Shown here piece by piece: positions 7,896 through 15,707 of a stretch of DNA of 15,707 nucleotides. Below the pieces are notes generated by a model. The model saw only the letters and a program-made list of their open reading frames with translations. It made no database searches and had not been told where the DNA came from. The DNA comes from an uncultured bacterium (GTDB taxonomy: Bacteria > T1Sed10-126), in assembly GCA_964566495.1 (NCBI GenBank), contig CAZMIT010000028.1, positions 1-15,707 on the forward strand, written 5' to 3'. Position 1 is the first letter of the stretch. Every line of letters begins with the position of its first letter. A program made the position numbers and the translations under genes.

Positions 7896-8798
7896 TCAGG
7901 CCATTGCTTCTATTTTCTCGACGACTAAATCAGCGATACGCCCCTGAGCTTCCCCCGTAGTTGCTCCAAGATGAGGGGTGGCTACGCTGTTTTTAGCACA
8001 AACAGCATCAATGGCTCCCGGAGGTTCTTCCCGGTAAGTATCGAGGCAGGCGGCGTCAATTTTGTCTTCTACCAACGCTTCTGCCAGTGCGTCCTCATCA
8101 ACAATACCGCCGCGAGAACAGTTTACTACCAGCGCGTCGTCCTTCATCTGTTCAAGTTCCGAAGCACCGATGAGATTTTCCGTCTCCGGGGTAAAAGGTA
8201 CGTGCAACGAAATAATATCGGCAAGACTTACAAGTTCATTTAATTTAACTGGTTCGGCCCCGCCATTTTTGATCTCACTGTCGTTGATAAAGGCGTCATA
8301 AGCAATCACGTCAGCGCCGAAGGCCCGAACAAACTCACCTACACGCTGACCGATTCTGCCAAAGCCAACCAACCCGACAACCTTGTCCATGATTTCACGC
8401 CCGTTTAGTTCGCCTTTTATCCACTCGCCCTCTTTCATGTGCTTGTCAGCGCGGGGGATGTCACGATAGGCGGCGAGAATGTGACCGATGACAAGTTCGG
8501 CTACTGCGTTGGTTGATGCCTCAGGGGTGTTTTGAACCTCGACTCCCACTTGTTCGGCTTTCTCCAGGTCAATATTATCGAGCCCGACTCCGGCGCGAAC
8601 AATTCCAACAAGGTTTTCGGCAGCTTCCAGTCGTTCGTCGTCGACTGTTGTTCCACTGCGAACGATTAAAAAAGACGCTTTGGGAAGCAGCTTATCTATT
8701 TCATTGTCCTCGAAGGCTTCCACTATTTCAAAATTCGGTTTCTCTTGAAAATGACTGACCACCTGCTCGTCCACCGGATCACATACAACAATCATCAT
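7896..8798 (-). CDS. D-3-phosphoglycerate dehydrogenase-like D-2-hydroxyacid dehydrogenase (short form, no ACT domain)
   Basis: IVRSGT, RAGVGLDNID, NAVAEL, VGFGRIG, ISLHVP, NCSRGG, EEP and TPHLGATT motifs. SD GGAGG favours ATG 8798. Probably SerA-like, but substrate cannot be proven from motifs. Confidence 0.9.
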   Translation of the reverse strand: MMIVVCDPVDEQVVSHFQEKPNFEIVEAFEDNEIDKLLPKASFLIVRSGTTVDDERLEAAENLVGIVRAGVGLDNIDLEKAEQVGVEVQNTPEASTNAVAELVIGHILAAYRDIPRADKHMKEGEWIKGELNGREIMDKVVGLVGFGRIGQRVGEFVRAFGADVIAYDAFINDSEIKNGGAEPVKLNELVSLADIISLHVPFTPETENLIGASELEQMKDDALVVNCSRGGIVDEDALAEALVEDKIDAACLDTYREEPPGAIDAVCAKNSVATPHLGATTGEAQGRIADLVVEKIEAMA

Positions 8799-8931
8799 TT
8801 CGCATCCCTCCAAAAAAAAGTTTGGTTATAGCAATTGGATAAATGTATGGAAAATTTAATCAGGCTTATTCGGAACCATACTAAAGTTATGAATTGTCAG
8901 GACAAATTGTAAAAGAGGGAGTAGGGATTTA

Positions 8932-9252
8932 CTAATTACTCCTGTGATCACGTATCTGCTCACGCAGATCATCGCCGCTGTCTATTTTCTGCCAGCGACC
9001 CTGTTCTTTCTTCCAGTTCTTAAGGTCCCACTCCACTGTGGTAACACCGTTGATACGTTTTAATTGATGTTCGATTTTCTTAACTTCGTCTTTATCCTCA
9101 ACTTCTTTCCCGTGACGCTTTTCAAGCTTCCCCTTGAACGTCACCCGTCCGTTTGCATAGCGATAATCGATAGAGTTAACTTTAACATCCTGGCGCACGA
9201 GAGTGCGGTTAATTTCCTGGGAAATTTCCAGATCGCTTCGTTGATTCCTCAT
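8932..9252 (-). CDS. Small BON-like domain protein
   Basis: RSDLEISQEINRTL...NGRVTFKG...INGVTTVEWDL fits the BON pattern. SD GAGGTG favours ATG 9252. No signal peptide. Confidence 0.65.
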   Translation of the reverse strand: MRNQRSDLEISQEINRTLVRQDVKVNSIDYRYANGRVTFKGKLEKRHGKEVEDKDEVKKIEHQLKRINGVTTVEWDLKNWKKEQGRWQKIDSGDDLREQIRDHRSN

Positions 9253-9348
9253 TCTTGTCACCTCACGATATACGATAACTATTTTTTGTTTTTATGACAA
9301 GGTTTTCAGCTGTTAAAACCTTTCAACCCCCTTCCATTTGATTATTTC

Positions 9349-9502
9349 TAACCCGGCCTATGCATGAACCCTATGCATAGGTCGCCCGAAGGGGGCCGCC
9401 CATTTGTCAAATGGGCGGGGTTAACCCACCCAGCCCTGTACTGGGAAAGAGCTGGGTGTCCTGCGGACGGATAATTCACGACAGTGGTGTTGTCGTGAAT
9501 TG
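9349..9502. repeat. Four-way-junction repeat, copy B (module Y plus 3'-truncated module X)
   Basis: Colinear with the reverse complement of 13643-13811. Modules are joined by GGGTTAACCC (9418-9427). Confidence 0.92.
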
Positions 9503-9650
9503 CAAACTGGGAGTGGCTCTTCCTTAAAAAAGTCCTTGACAGGGCTTAAGAGTGTCCAGGCTAAAAAGTCTAAATCAGATACCCACAACGACGAAACAGA
9601 TGGAAGCTCCTGTTCAATGGGGGGGGAGTGTAGAAAATAATATTTGGTAA

Positions 9651-9833
9651 GAAACAGCATATTCATTTGCAGTACGCACCTATAGCTATCAACGCGCCGA
9701 AATCATTGCCGCCTGGCTCTGGCTATCTATTTATTTCTACCGGATATACTGGCTTAATCCCCTGCTTACCGTCTTAATAGCCATCTGCGTAGCCCGGGAG
9801 GCCCTGGAAATTGTGCGCGCGGCAACCAACTAA
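9651..9833 (+). pseudogene. Internally deleted cation diffusion facilitator (CzcD/ZitB-like) remnant
   Basis: Start-less open frame: ETAYSFAVRTYSYQRAEIIAAWLWLSIYFYRIYWLNPLLTVLIAICVAREALEIVRAATN*. It contains the CDF TxGYxRxEILAA-like motif and a WxDP-TM6-like segment. Confidence 0.55.
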
Positions 9834-10069
9834 GCCAGCTGATCCACCTGGAAGCCAAGTCCTACTTCCTCGGGTTCATGTTCGGAAAGCTCCAGCTCTT
9901 CCAGGCGATTAAATAACTGACTTGCAGGCCCGGGAAATTCAGTTGTTGGCAAGCCGGTCTCTATATTTTCATCTGATTGTGGTTGTTCTTGCGGTAAGCT
10001 CGCCTCGGACTCCCAGGGGCTGTAGAACGAAAGATCATCCGTCCCCGACCAAGCTAATCCTTCAATCAT
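9830..10069 (-). CDS. Small acidic hypothetical protein (79 aa)
   Basis: SD AAGGAAGG before ATG 10069. Acidic, low-complexity body; C-terminus GLGFQVDQLA. Confidence 0.6.
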   Translation of the reverse strand: MIEGLAWSGTDDLSFYSPWESEASLPQEQPQSDENIETGLPTTEFPGPASQLFNRLEELELSEHEPEEVGLGFQVDQLA

Positions 10070-10310
10070 GAGGGTTAACCCTTCCTTGACAAAATTAATA
10101 AACTTCTCGCCGCCCATCCACAGTATAAACGGCAATAAGCTAAAATTCAAATTTTATTTTGAAATCTTCCCCCCTGAATAAAAAAGACTAAGGCGGGTCT
10201 GTTTGGCAGGCTTGTAAAATACGACAGCTTTACTGACCGATGGCCGAAGTCTCAGGGATGGGACAGGTCCGAAAGACAGGGGGGGGTTGGGTTGCGCCAG
10301 ACAAGTATGT

Positions 10311-12023
10311 TCAGAAGAAATCCTTAATTTTATTCCAGGCGCGGCTGTTCAGAACGTCAGCGGATTCAAGCCAGGCGCGCCGGGCCTGGTAGACGCCGTA
10401 TTTTATGTAATCAAGGTTCTGGGCGTTGTGAGCGTCGGTGGAAATAACAAGTTTTAAGCCCATTTCTTTTGCCTTGCGGGCGTGAACGTCGTTAAGGTCA
10501 AGCCGTTCGGGCTGAGCATTGATTTCAAGAGCACAGTTTTCTGCCAAAGCAGTTTTCATAACTTCTTCAAGGTCAACCCGGTAAGGACCGCGATAGTTGA
10601 GTTTGCGGCCGGTGGGGTGGACGAGGAAATCAACATGGGGATTTTTTAGAGCCCGTTTGATTCTCTCCGTTTGTCTGTTTTCCGAGAGATTAAAACGAGA
10701 ATGAACAGCTGCGGGGACAACATCCAGCCGTTCTAAAATCTGATCTTCATAATCAAGACTACCGTCCTCGAGTATATCGACTTCATTACTTTTTAAGAGA
10801 CGAAAATCGTCAAATTCTTCGTTCAGGCGGTCAATCTCATCCATCTGTCGCTTTAACTCGTCCGGTTTTAGTCCGCCGGCAACGCCAAGATTATGGGAGT
10901 GGTCGGTAATTGCCAGGTATTCGTAACCAAGCTGACGAGCCGCCGCAGCCATCTCACGCAGACTATTAGCACCGTCGCTGGCGGTAGTGTGGCACTGGAA
11001 ATCTCCCCGTATCTCGTTGATCTTAATCAACTCGGGCAGATTTCCTTCGCCGGCTGCTTCAAGTTCGCCCCGGTCTTCGCGCAGTTCCGGTTCAATATAG
11101 TTACAACCGAGGTGCTGGTATATCGATTTTTCATCTGTCCCGGCGAGCTTATTATCGTCATTATAGAGACCGTATTCGTTTATCTTCCAGCCCTTTTTGA
11201 GAGCCCGCGAGCGCAGATTAACATTGTGGGCCTTTGAGCCGGTAAAATAGAGGAGGGCGGCAGCGAAGCTCTTCGCTTCTACAATCCGCAGATCAACCTG
11301 GAGCTCATTTTTAAGCCGGACAGAGATCTTTGTCTCACCGCGGGCAAGTATTTCTTCAATATCTTCATATTCAGTAAAGTAATCGCCGACGGCAGAGCTC
11401 TCGTTCGAGGTAACCAGCAGGTCAAGATCACCCACAGTTTCCTTGCGTCGGCGGTAACTGCCGGCAATTTCAAGACGCTGAACGGCTGAACACTTCTGTA
11501 AATAGTCATGGAGAGAATTAACCACTTCTTCTACCCGGTTAAGCAGATATCTTTTTCCTCGCTCTCGTCTATTTTTGGTAGCTTCAAGGATAGAGGTTTG
11601 TGTCTTATCGCCCAGCCCGTCCAGCGCTGATATTTTGCCCCGTTCCGCTGCTTTTTCCAGGTCGGCCAGATTAGTGATGTTCAACTGGTCGTAAAGTTTT
11701 TTGACCCGTTTTGGTCCAAGGGAGTCAATCTTAAGCAATTCAGGCAACCCAACCGGGTATTTATCCTCAAGCTCATTCAGTTTGGGGTGAGTGCCAGTTT
11801 TAACAATAGTCTCAATCTTTTCGGCAAGATCCTTTCCTATTCCTTCCAGTTTGGTCAGGTCTTCACCGGACTCGACCATATAAGCAATTTCTCGGCCCAG
11901 GTTACTTAGCGTATGTGCTGCTTCCCGATAAGCACGAATACGGTAGGGATTGTCATCCTGGATGTCAAGATAATCAGCTATCCGATTGAAGACGTCAGCT
12001 ACGTCGGTATTGTAAACAGGCAT
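10311..12023 (-). CDS. polX: DNA polymerase/3'-5' exonuclease PolX (PolX core plus PHP domain)
   Basis: NPYRIRAY, HhH motifs (EGIG, SLGPK, DGLG), AGSYRR..ETVGDLD, VDLR and YFTGSKAHN. PHP motifs DFQCH, TDHS, HPTGR, EIN and TDAH. SD GAGGGAG. Confidence 0.97.
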   Translation of the reverse strand: MPVYNTDVADVFNRIADYLDIQDDNPYRIRAYREAAHTLSNLGREIAYMVESGEDLTKLEGIGKDLAEKIETIVKTGTHPKLNELEDKYPVGLPELLKIDSLGPKRVKKLYDQLNITNLADLEKAAERGKISALDGLGDKTQTSILEATKNRRERGKRYLLNRVEEVVNSLHDYLQKCSAVQRLEIAGSYRRRKETVGDLDLLVTSNESSAVGDYFTEYEDIEEILARGETKISVRLKNELQVDLRIVEAKSFAAALLYFTGSKAHNVNLRSRALKKGWKINEYGLYNDDNKLAGTDEKSIYQHLGCNYIEPELREDRGELEAAGEGNLPELIKINEIRGDFQCHTTASDGANSLREMAAAARQLGYEYLAITDHSHNLGVAGGLKPDELKRQMDEIDRLNEEFDDFRLLKSNEVDILEDGSLDYEDQILERLDVVPAAVHSRFNLSENRQTERIKRALKNPHVDFLVHPTGRKLNYRGPYRVDLEEVMKTALAENCALEINAQPERLDLNDVHARKAKEMGLKLVISTDAHNAQNLDYIKYGVYQARRAWLESADVLNSRAWNKIKDFF

Positions 12024-12049
12024 GAAAACTCCCTCAGGTTACAAAATAA

Positions 12050-12527
12050 GCTATGTTTGAAAGCGTTGTTGTTTTGCTTCAAATGCCGTCATTGCCAACA
12101 GGCTATCGTGCCCGGACTTGATCCGGGTATCAATCCGACAATCCAGCACCACCGATCGTCATTGCCCGGAACGAATAACGTCCCAAGGAACGAATGACGT
12201 CCCAGGGCTTGACCCGGCAATCCAGTGCTTAGTCACAACTGAATTTTCCGGTTGTCCCTTGCCGTCATTGCCCGGCTTGACCGGGCAATCCAGTGGCTTT
12301 GACGTTGACCTTAGATCTATTAAATTCAAAGTCACTGGATTTCCGCTTTCGCGGGCATGACATTCAAGAGCATATTTGCCGACAATTCAACATGGATTCC
12401 GGGTCTACCCGAGCACTCAATCGATCCTGTAATGACTATGTTTGACGTTACTTGTTCCCTGCGCTCTCGATTGAGTGCTTGGTCCGCCCGGAATGACGGT
12501 TCTGGCAACAGAGCTTTCAAACATAGC
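12050..12527. mobile_element. MITE-like element with 22-bp terminal inverted repeats, filled with REP-like palindromes
   Basis: GCTATGTTTGAAAGCGTTGTTG (12050-12071) vs the reverse complement of 12506-12527, GCTATGTTTGAAAGCTCTGTTG (20/22). Interior has GTCATT...ATCCAG units at 12088, 12158 and 12264, and TGGAT...ATGAC units ending at 12361 and 12497. No clear target-site duplication. Confidence 0.75.
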
Positions 12528-12537
12528 GAAGAAAAAT

Positions 12538-13605
12538 TCAACCGGTGTGACAAATATTTCGACCTGCTTTTTTAGCGGCATAAAGTTGCCGGTCGGCTTT
12601 TTTTACCAGGTGGGATGCTTTGCTGGGGTAATCATCGGGACCGGCTCCTGTGAGACCGACACTGATAGTTACAGAGATATTCCGTTTGCCGGCCACGACC
12701 CCGTCGGCCCCAATTTTACGCCGTGTTCGGTCAAGCGCCTCAAAACCCGCATTTAGATCAGTATCCGGAAGGACAACGAGAAATTCCTCGCCGCCATAGC
12801 GACCAACACGGTCGGGGGCCCGAAGTTCTTCTCTGAGGATTGCGGCCAGTTTGCGAAGAACAATGTCGCCAACCGGATGACCGTGAATATCATTAATCCG
12901 TTTAAAATAGTCGACGTCAACCATGGCAACCGTGAGAGGGGTCTTGTTTCTGTGGGCTCGCTTGAGTTCCCGAGAAAGAATCTCATGAATCCGGCGGTGA
13001 TTGGGCAGACCGGTCAGACTATCCTCGCGGGCCATTTGTAACAGTTCCTTGTTTTTTTGCTGAAGCTTTTCTACCAGCTCTCCCTGGCGTATTGCAATAG
13101 CGATGTGATTACCGGCTATTTGAAGCAGATAGCGATTTTCCTTGTTCAGCATCCTTTTTTTGGCAAAAGTGAAGTTGAGCACCCCTATTTTTTCACACTC
13201 CACCTGCAGGGGAACGGCGAGGACTGAAGTATAGTTCTCCCGATTTTTAGAGAAGACAGACTTAAATTCCTCCGAACAGCGGATGTTTGGCGTTTGCACA
13301 ACATTTCCCGTGGAAAAAGCGCGACCGGCTATTCCTTCGCCGGGCTGAAGTAACTCCGCCTTATTCAGGCGTTCGATTTCTTTGCTGTTGTGGTTATAGG
13401 AAGAGATGATCTCAAGACTGTCAGACTCGCCCGCAGGGACCGCCAGACTGCCGGAAGTGGCGTTTAGCGCACAAGTGGTCTGTTTTACGATATAGTCCAG
13501 TGACTCATGAAAATCGTCGCAACGCAGTACGACCCCACTTATCTCAGTCAAAAGTTCAAGCAGTGTCTTGTCCGCATCAACTTCTACAGTACGCATACCA
13601 ATCAC
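12538..13605 (-). CDS. GAF-sensor diguanylate cyclase (GGDEF)
   Basis: GAF region (GEGIAGRAF, VLAVPL, IGVLNF), coiled-coil linker, DSLTGLPN, DVDYFKRIND.HGH..GD, I-site RAPD, active site RYGGEEF, ADRQLY.AK..GRN. Alternative start at ATG 13596. Confidence 0.95.
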   Translation of the reverse strand: MIGMRTVEVDADKTLLELLTEISGVVLRCDDFHESLDYIVKQTTCALNATSGSLAVPAGESDSLEIISSYNHNSKEIERLNKAELLQPGEGIAGRAFSTGNVVQTPNIRCSEEFKSVFSKNRENYTSVLAVPLQVECEKIGVLNFTFAKKRMLNKENRYLLQIAGNHIAIAIRQGELVEKLQQKNKELLQMAREDSLTGLPNHRRIHEILSRELKRAHRNKTPLTVAMVDVDYFKRINDIHGHPVGDIVLRKLAAILREELRAPDRVGRYGGEEFLVVLPDTDLNAGFEALDRTRRKIGADGVVAGKRNISVTISVGLTGAGPDDYPSKASHLVKKADRQLYAAKKAGRNICHTG

Positions 13606-13632
13606 CAGTTAAAATCTTCGTCAAAAAGCTTG

Positions 13633-13812
13633 TTAAACCCGGACAATTCACGACAGCATAACTGTCGTGAATTATCCGTCCGAAGGACACCCAGCTCCCC
13701 AGCCCTTTACTTGGAAAGAGCTGGGGGGCTGGGTGGGTTAACCCCGCCTATTTGACGAATGGGCGGCCCTTTGGGCGGTCTATGCATAGGGTTCATGCAT
13801 AGACCGGGTTAA
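13633..13812. repeat. Four-way-junction repeat, copy C (complete modules X and Y, inverted relative to A and B)
   Basis: AACCC|GGAC..ATCC|GTCC GAA GGAC|ACCC..GGGT|GGGTT followed by AACCC|CGCC..GGCG|GCCC TTT GGGC|GGTC..GACC|GGGTT. Confidence 0.93.
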
Positions 13813-13880
13813 ATCACAGGGAGAATATAAGAAAACAGTCTTCCCTGTTCCCCGGAGGAGAGAAATTTTTGAGCCGTTTT

Positions 13881-15707
13881 TTAGCCGCCGATCTGAAGAA
13901 AAACAGGGACAAAAACAACCGAGACGATAGACATCAGTTTGATCAAGATGTTCAATGAAGGACCTGAAGTGTCCTTAAAGGGATCGCCAACGGTGTCCCC
14001 GGTAACGGCGGCGTCGTGAGCTTCTGAGCCTTTACCACCAAAATTGCCTGCTTCAATGTATTTTTTAGCGTTGTCCCAGGCACCGCCGGAGTTGGCAAGA
14101 TAGATGGCGAGCAGGAAACCGGTGACAATAGCGCCGGCGAGCAGTCCACCAAGAGCGCTGGGACTATAAAGTCCGACCAGAATCGGGACCACGACAGCAA
14201 GAACACTGGGTAGAACCATTTTTTGCAGTGCAGCAGCAGTCGAAATATCAATACAACTCTCGTAATCAGGATCCTCTTCGCCCTTGAGAATACCGGGGAA
14301 TTCGCTGAATTGCCGGCGTACTTCGGAGATCATCTTTTCAGCCGCCTGTCCAACTGAGTTAAGAGTTAAAGCGGTAAACACAAAGGGCAGAAGGCCACCA
14401 ATTAACAAGCCGGCCATTACCGTTGGATTAGTAACGTCAAAACTAACTTCGCCTATCTGCTCCTGGTAATTGGCAAATAGTGCCAGCGCGGTTAAAGCGG
14501 CCGAACCGATAGCAAACCCTTTCCCAATTGCTGCTGTAGTGTTACCAACAGCATCCAGGGCTTCGGCTTTTTCGCGGATATCATTGCCCATTTCAGCCAT
14601 TTCAGCGATACCGGCAGCGTTGTCAGCGACCGGGCCAAAACAGTCGACGGCCAGGGTAATGCCCAGCGTCGAAAGCATGCCCACAGCGGCGAGTGCAATG
14701 CCGTATAAACCGGCCAGGGCGTAAGAGACAAGAATACCGGCAATAACTGAGACAACCGGTATCCAGGTGCTTATCATACCGACAGAGATACCGCGGATAA
14801 TATTAGTAGCATGTCCGGTTTGTGAGGCGTAAGCAATACTTTTAGTGGGACTGTAGTCGTAAGAAGTAAAATACTCGGTTGACAGACCGATTACAATTCC
14901 AACCAGAAGACCGGAGATAAGAGCGCCAAACAGGTAGAGGGTCTCTGTCATTTTATAACCGATCAGATAATAGATAGATCCGAAAGAAAAAACCGCCATA
15001 AGAATTGAAGCAAGTAATACCCCCAAATTCAGGGAGAGGTGAACGTTTTTGGCTTTTCCAGCTCCGACAACAAAGGAACCGAGTATAGAGGCCAGAATTC
15101 CAATTCCGGCGAGTAGGAGAGGTAGAACGGTTGTAACCTCCAGATACCCGGCGGGTAGAAGAAGGCCGTTTCCGGCTACTATACCAGCAAGTGCCATAGC
15201 CGAAATAATTGAGTTGGTGTAGGACTCGAAAAGGTCAGCTCCCATACCAGCGACATCACCTACGTTGTCGCCTACGTTATCGGCAATAGCAGCGGGGTTG
15301 CGGGGGTCGTCTTCAGGGATTCCTTCTTCAACTTTGCCAACTAGGTCTGCGCCAACGTCAGCAGCTTTGGTATATATACCGCCACCGACACGGGCAAACA
15401 GAGCGATTGAGCTGGCACCAAACCCAAAACCGAAGAGAAGCTGAGTATCGGCACCAAGGAAATAGAAAACACTGATTCCTAAAACACCAAATCCAACCAC
15501 GGACATACCCATGACGGCACCGCTTGAGAAGGCTACTTTTAGCCCCTGTTTCATGTTAATAGTAACCGCTTCTGCAGCTCGCGCATTGGAACTGGTAGCA
15601 ATCCGCATGCCTATGTTGCCGGCCAATCCGGAAAGCAGGGCACCAACAAGATACGAAAGCCACATATAGGTGGGAAAGTCTTCGAGCCACCAGCCTAAAC
15701 CGCCTAA
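13881..15707 (-). CDS. hppA: Membrane-bound pyrophosphatase, probably K+-dependent and Na+-translocating (5' end outside window)
   Basis: [59 protein letters not shown] and [15 protein letters not shown] motifs. The frame stays open to the window edge. Confidence 0.97.
   Translation of the reverse strand, partial: LGGLGWWLEDFPTYMWLSYLVGALLSGLAGNIGMRIATSSNARAAEAVTINMKQGLKVAFSSGAVMGMSVVGFGVLGISVFYFLGADTQLLFGFGFGASSIALFARVGGGIYTKAADVGADLVGKVEEGIPEDDPRNPAAIADNVGDNVGDVAGMGADLFESYTNSIISAMALAGIVAGNGLLLPAGYLEVTTVLPLLLAGIGILASILGSFVVGAGKAKNVHLSLNLGVLLASILMAVFSFGSIYYLIGYKMTETLYLFGALISGLLVGIVIGLSTEYFTSYDYSPTKSIAYASQTGHATNIIRGISVGMISTWIPVVSVIAGILVSYALAGLYGIALAAVGMLSTLGITLAVDCFGPVADNAAGIAEMAEMGNDIREKAEALDAVGNTTAAIGKGFAIGSAALTALALFANYQEQIGEVSFDVTNPTVMAGLLIGGLLPFVFTALTLNSVGQAAEKMISEVRRQFSEFPGILKGEEDPDYESCIDISTAAALQKMVLPSVLAVVVPILVGLYSPSALGGLLAGAIVTGFLLAIYLANSGGAWDNAKKYIEAGNFGGKGSEAHDAAVTGDTVGDPFKDTSGPSLNILIKLMSIVSVVFVPVFLQIGG

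Noticed and set aside
9349..9423. tRNA or Y-RNA-like cloverleaf
   Set aside because: No T-loop or D-loop consensus, no 7-nt anticodon loop, and arm lengths are incompatible.
10264..10280. SRP RNA core (CAGGTCCGAAAG)
   Set aside because: The required downstream GAAGCAG and the long enclosing stem are missing.
10985..11005. PolX PHP motif QxH instead of HxH as a sign of inactivation or novelty
   Set aside because: A QxH variant is known in functional bacterial PolX proteins, and the other PHP ligands are intact.
12088..12361. CRISPR array
   Set aside because: Units differ in length and sequence, spacing is irregular and there are no cas genes.
11913..12756. Short ORFs across the MITE-like element (also 2411-2668, 3931-4164, 9421-9666, 13507-13755)
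   Set aside because: These are translations of palindromic repeats; shared peptides (LCLKALL, CRELSVRRTPSS) simply reflect the DNA repeats.
2426..13812. Junction repeats as integron attC sites (AAC...GTT ends)
   Set aside because: R boxes fit RYYYAAC/GTTRRRY poorly, there is no L-box or extrahelical-base pattern, orientations are mixed, flanking genes are housekeeping and no integrase is present.
3192..14755. Other short ORFs antisense to or overlapping rtcB, AKR, the dehydrogenase, polX, the cyclase and hppA
   Set aside because: Shadow frames of well-supported genes with no recognisable motifs.

Overview
Bacterial chromosomal segment (genetic code 11; taxon not assignable from the sequence) of mostly housekeeping and stress genes. 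In order: a stand-alone PcrA/UvrD C-terminal Tudor-like ORF, a secreted coiled-coil protein, a DUF89 damage-control phosphatase, DUF2071, RtcB RNA ligase, an aldo/keto reductase, YjbQ, a Yip1-like membrane protein, a SirB1/transglutaminase-like protein preceded by a small paralogue of its own N-terminus, a SerA-like dehydrogenase, a BON-like protein, PolX, a GAF-GGDEF cyclase and a 5'-truncated membrane pyrophosphatase. Most of the unusual signal is intergenic. At least four unrelated palindromic repeat families are present, with no intact transposase or recombinase in the window. The most striking is a modular TAACCC...GGGTTA element at three loci (2426-2532, 9349-9502, 13633-13812). Each module can fold into a four-way junction with no unpaired junction bases, modules join through GGGTTAACCC, and one arm tip occurs in both orientations (flip/flop) between copies. 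All family assignments come from motif recognition by eye; no searches were run.
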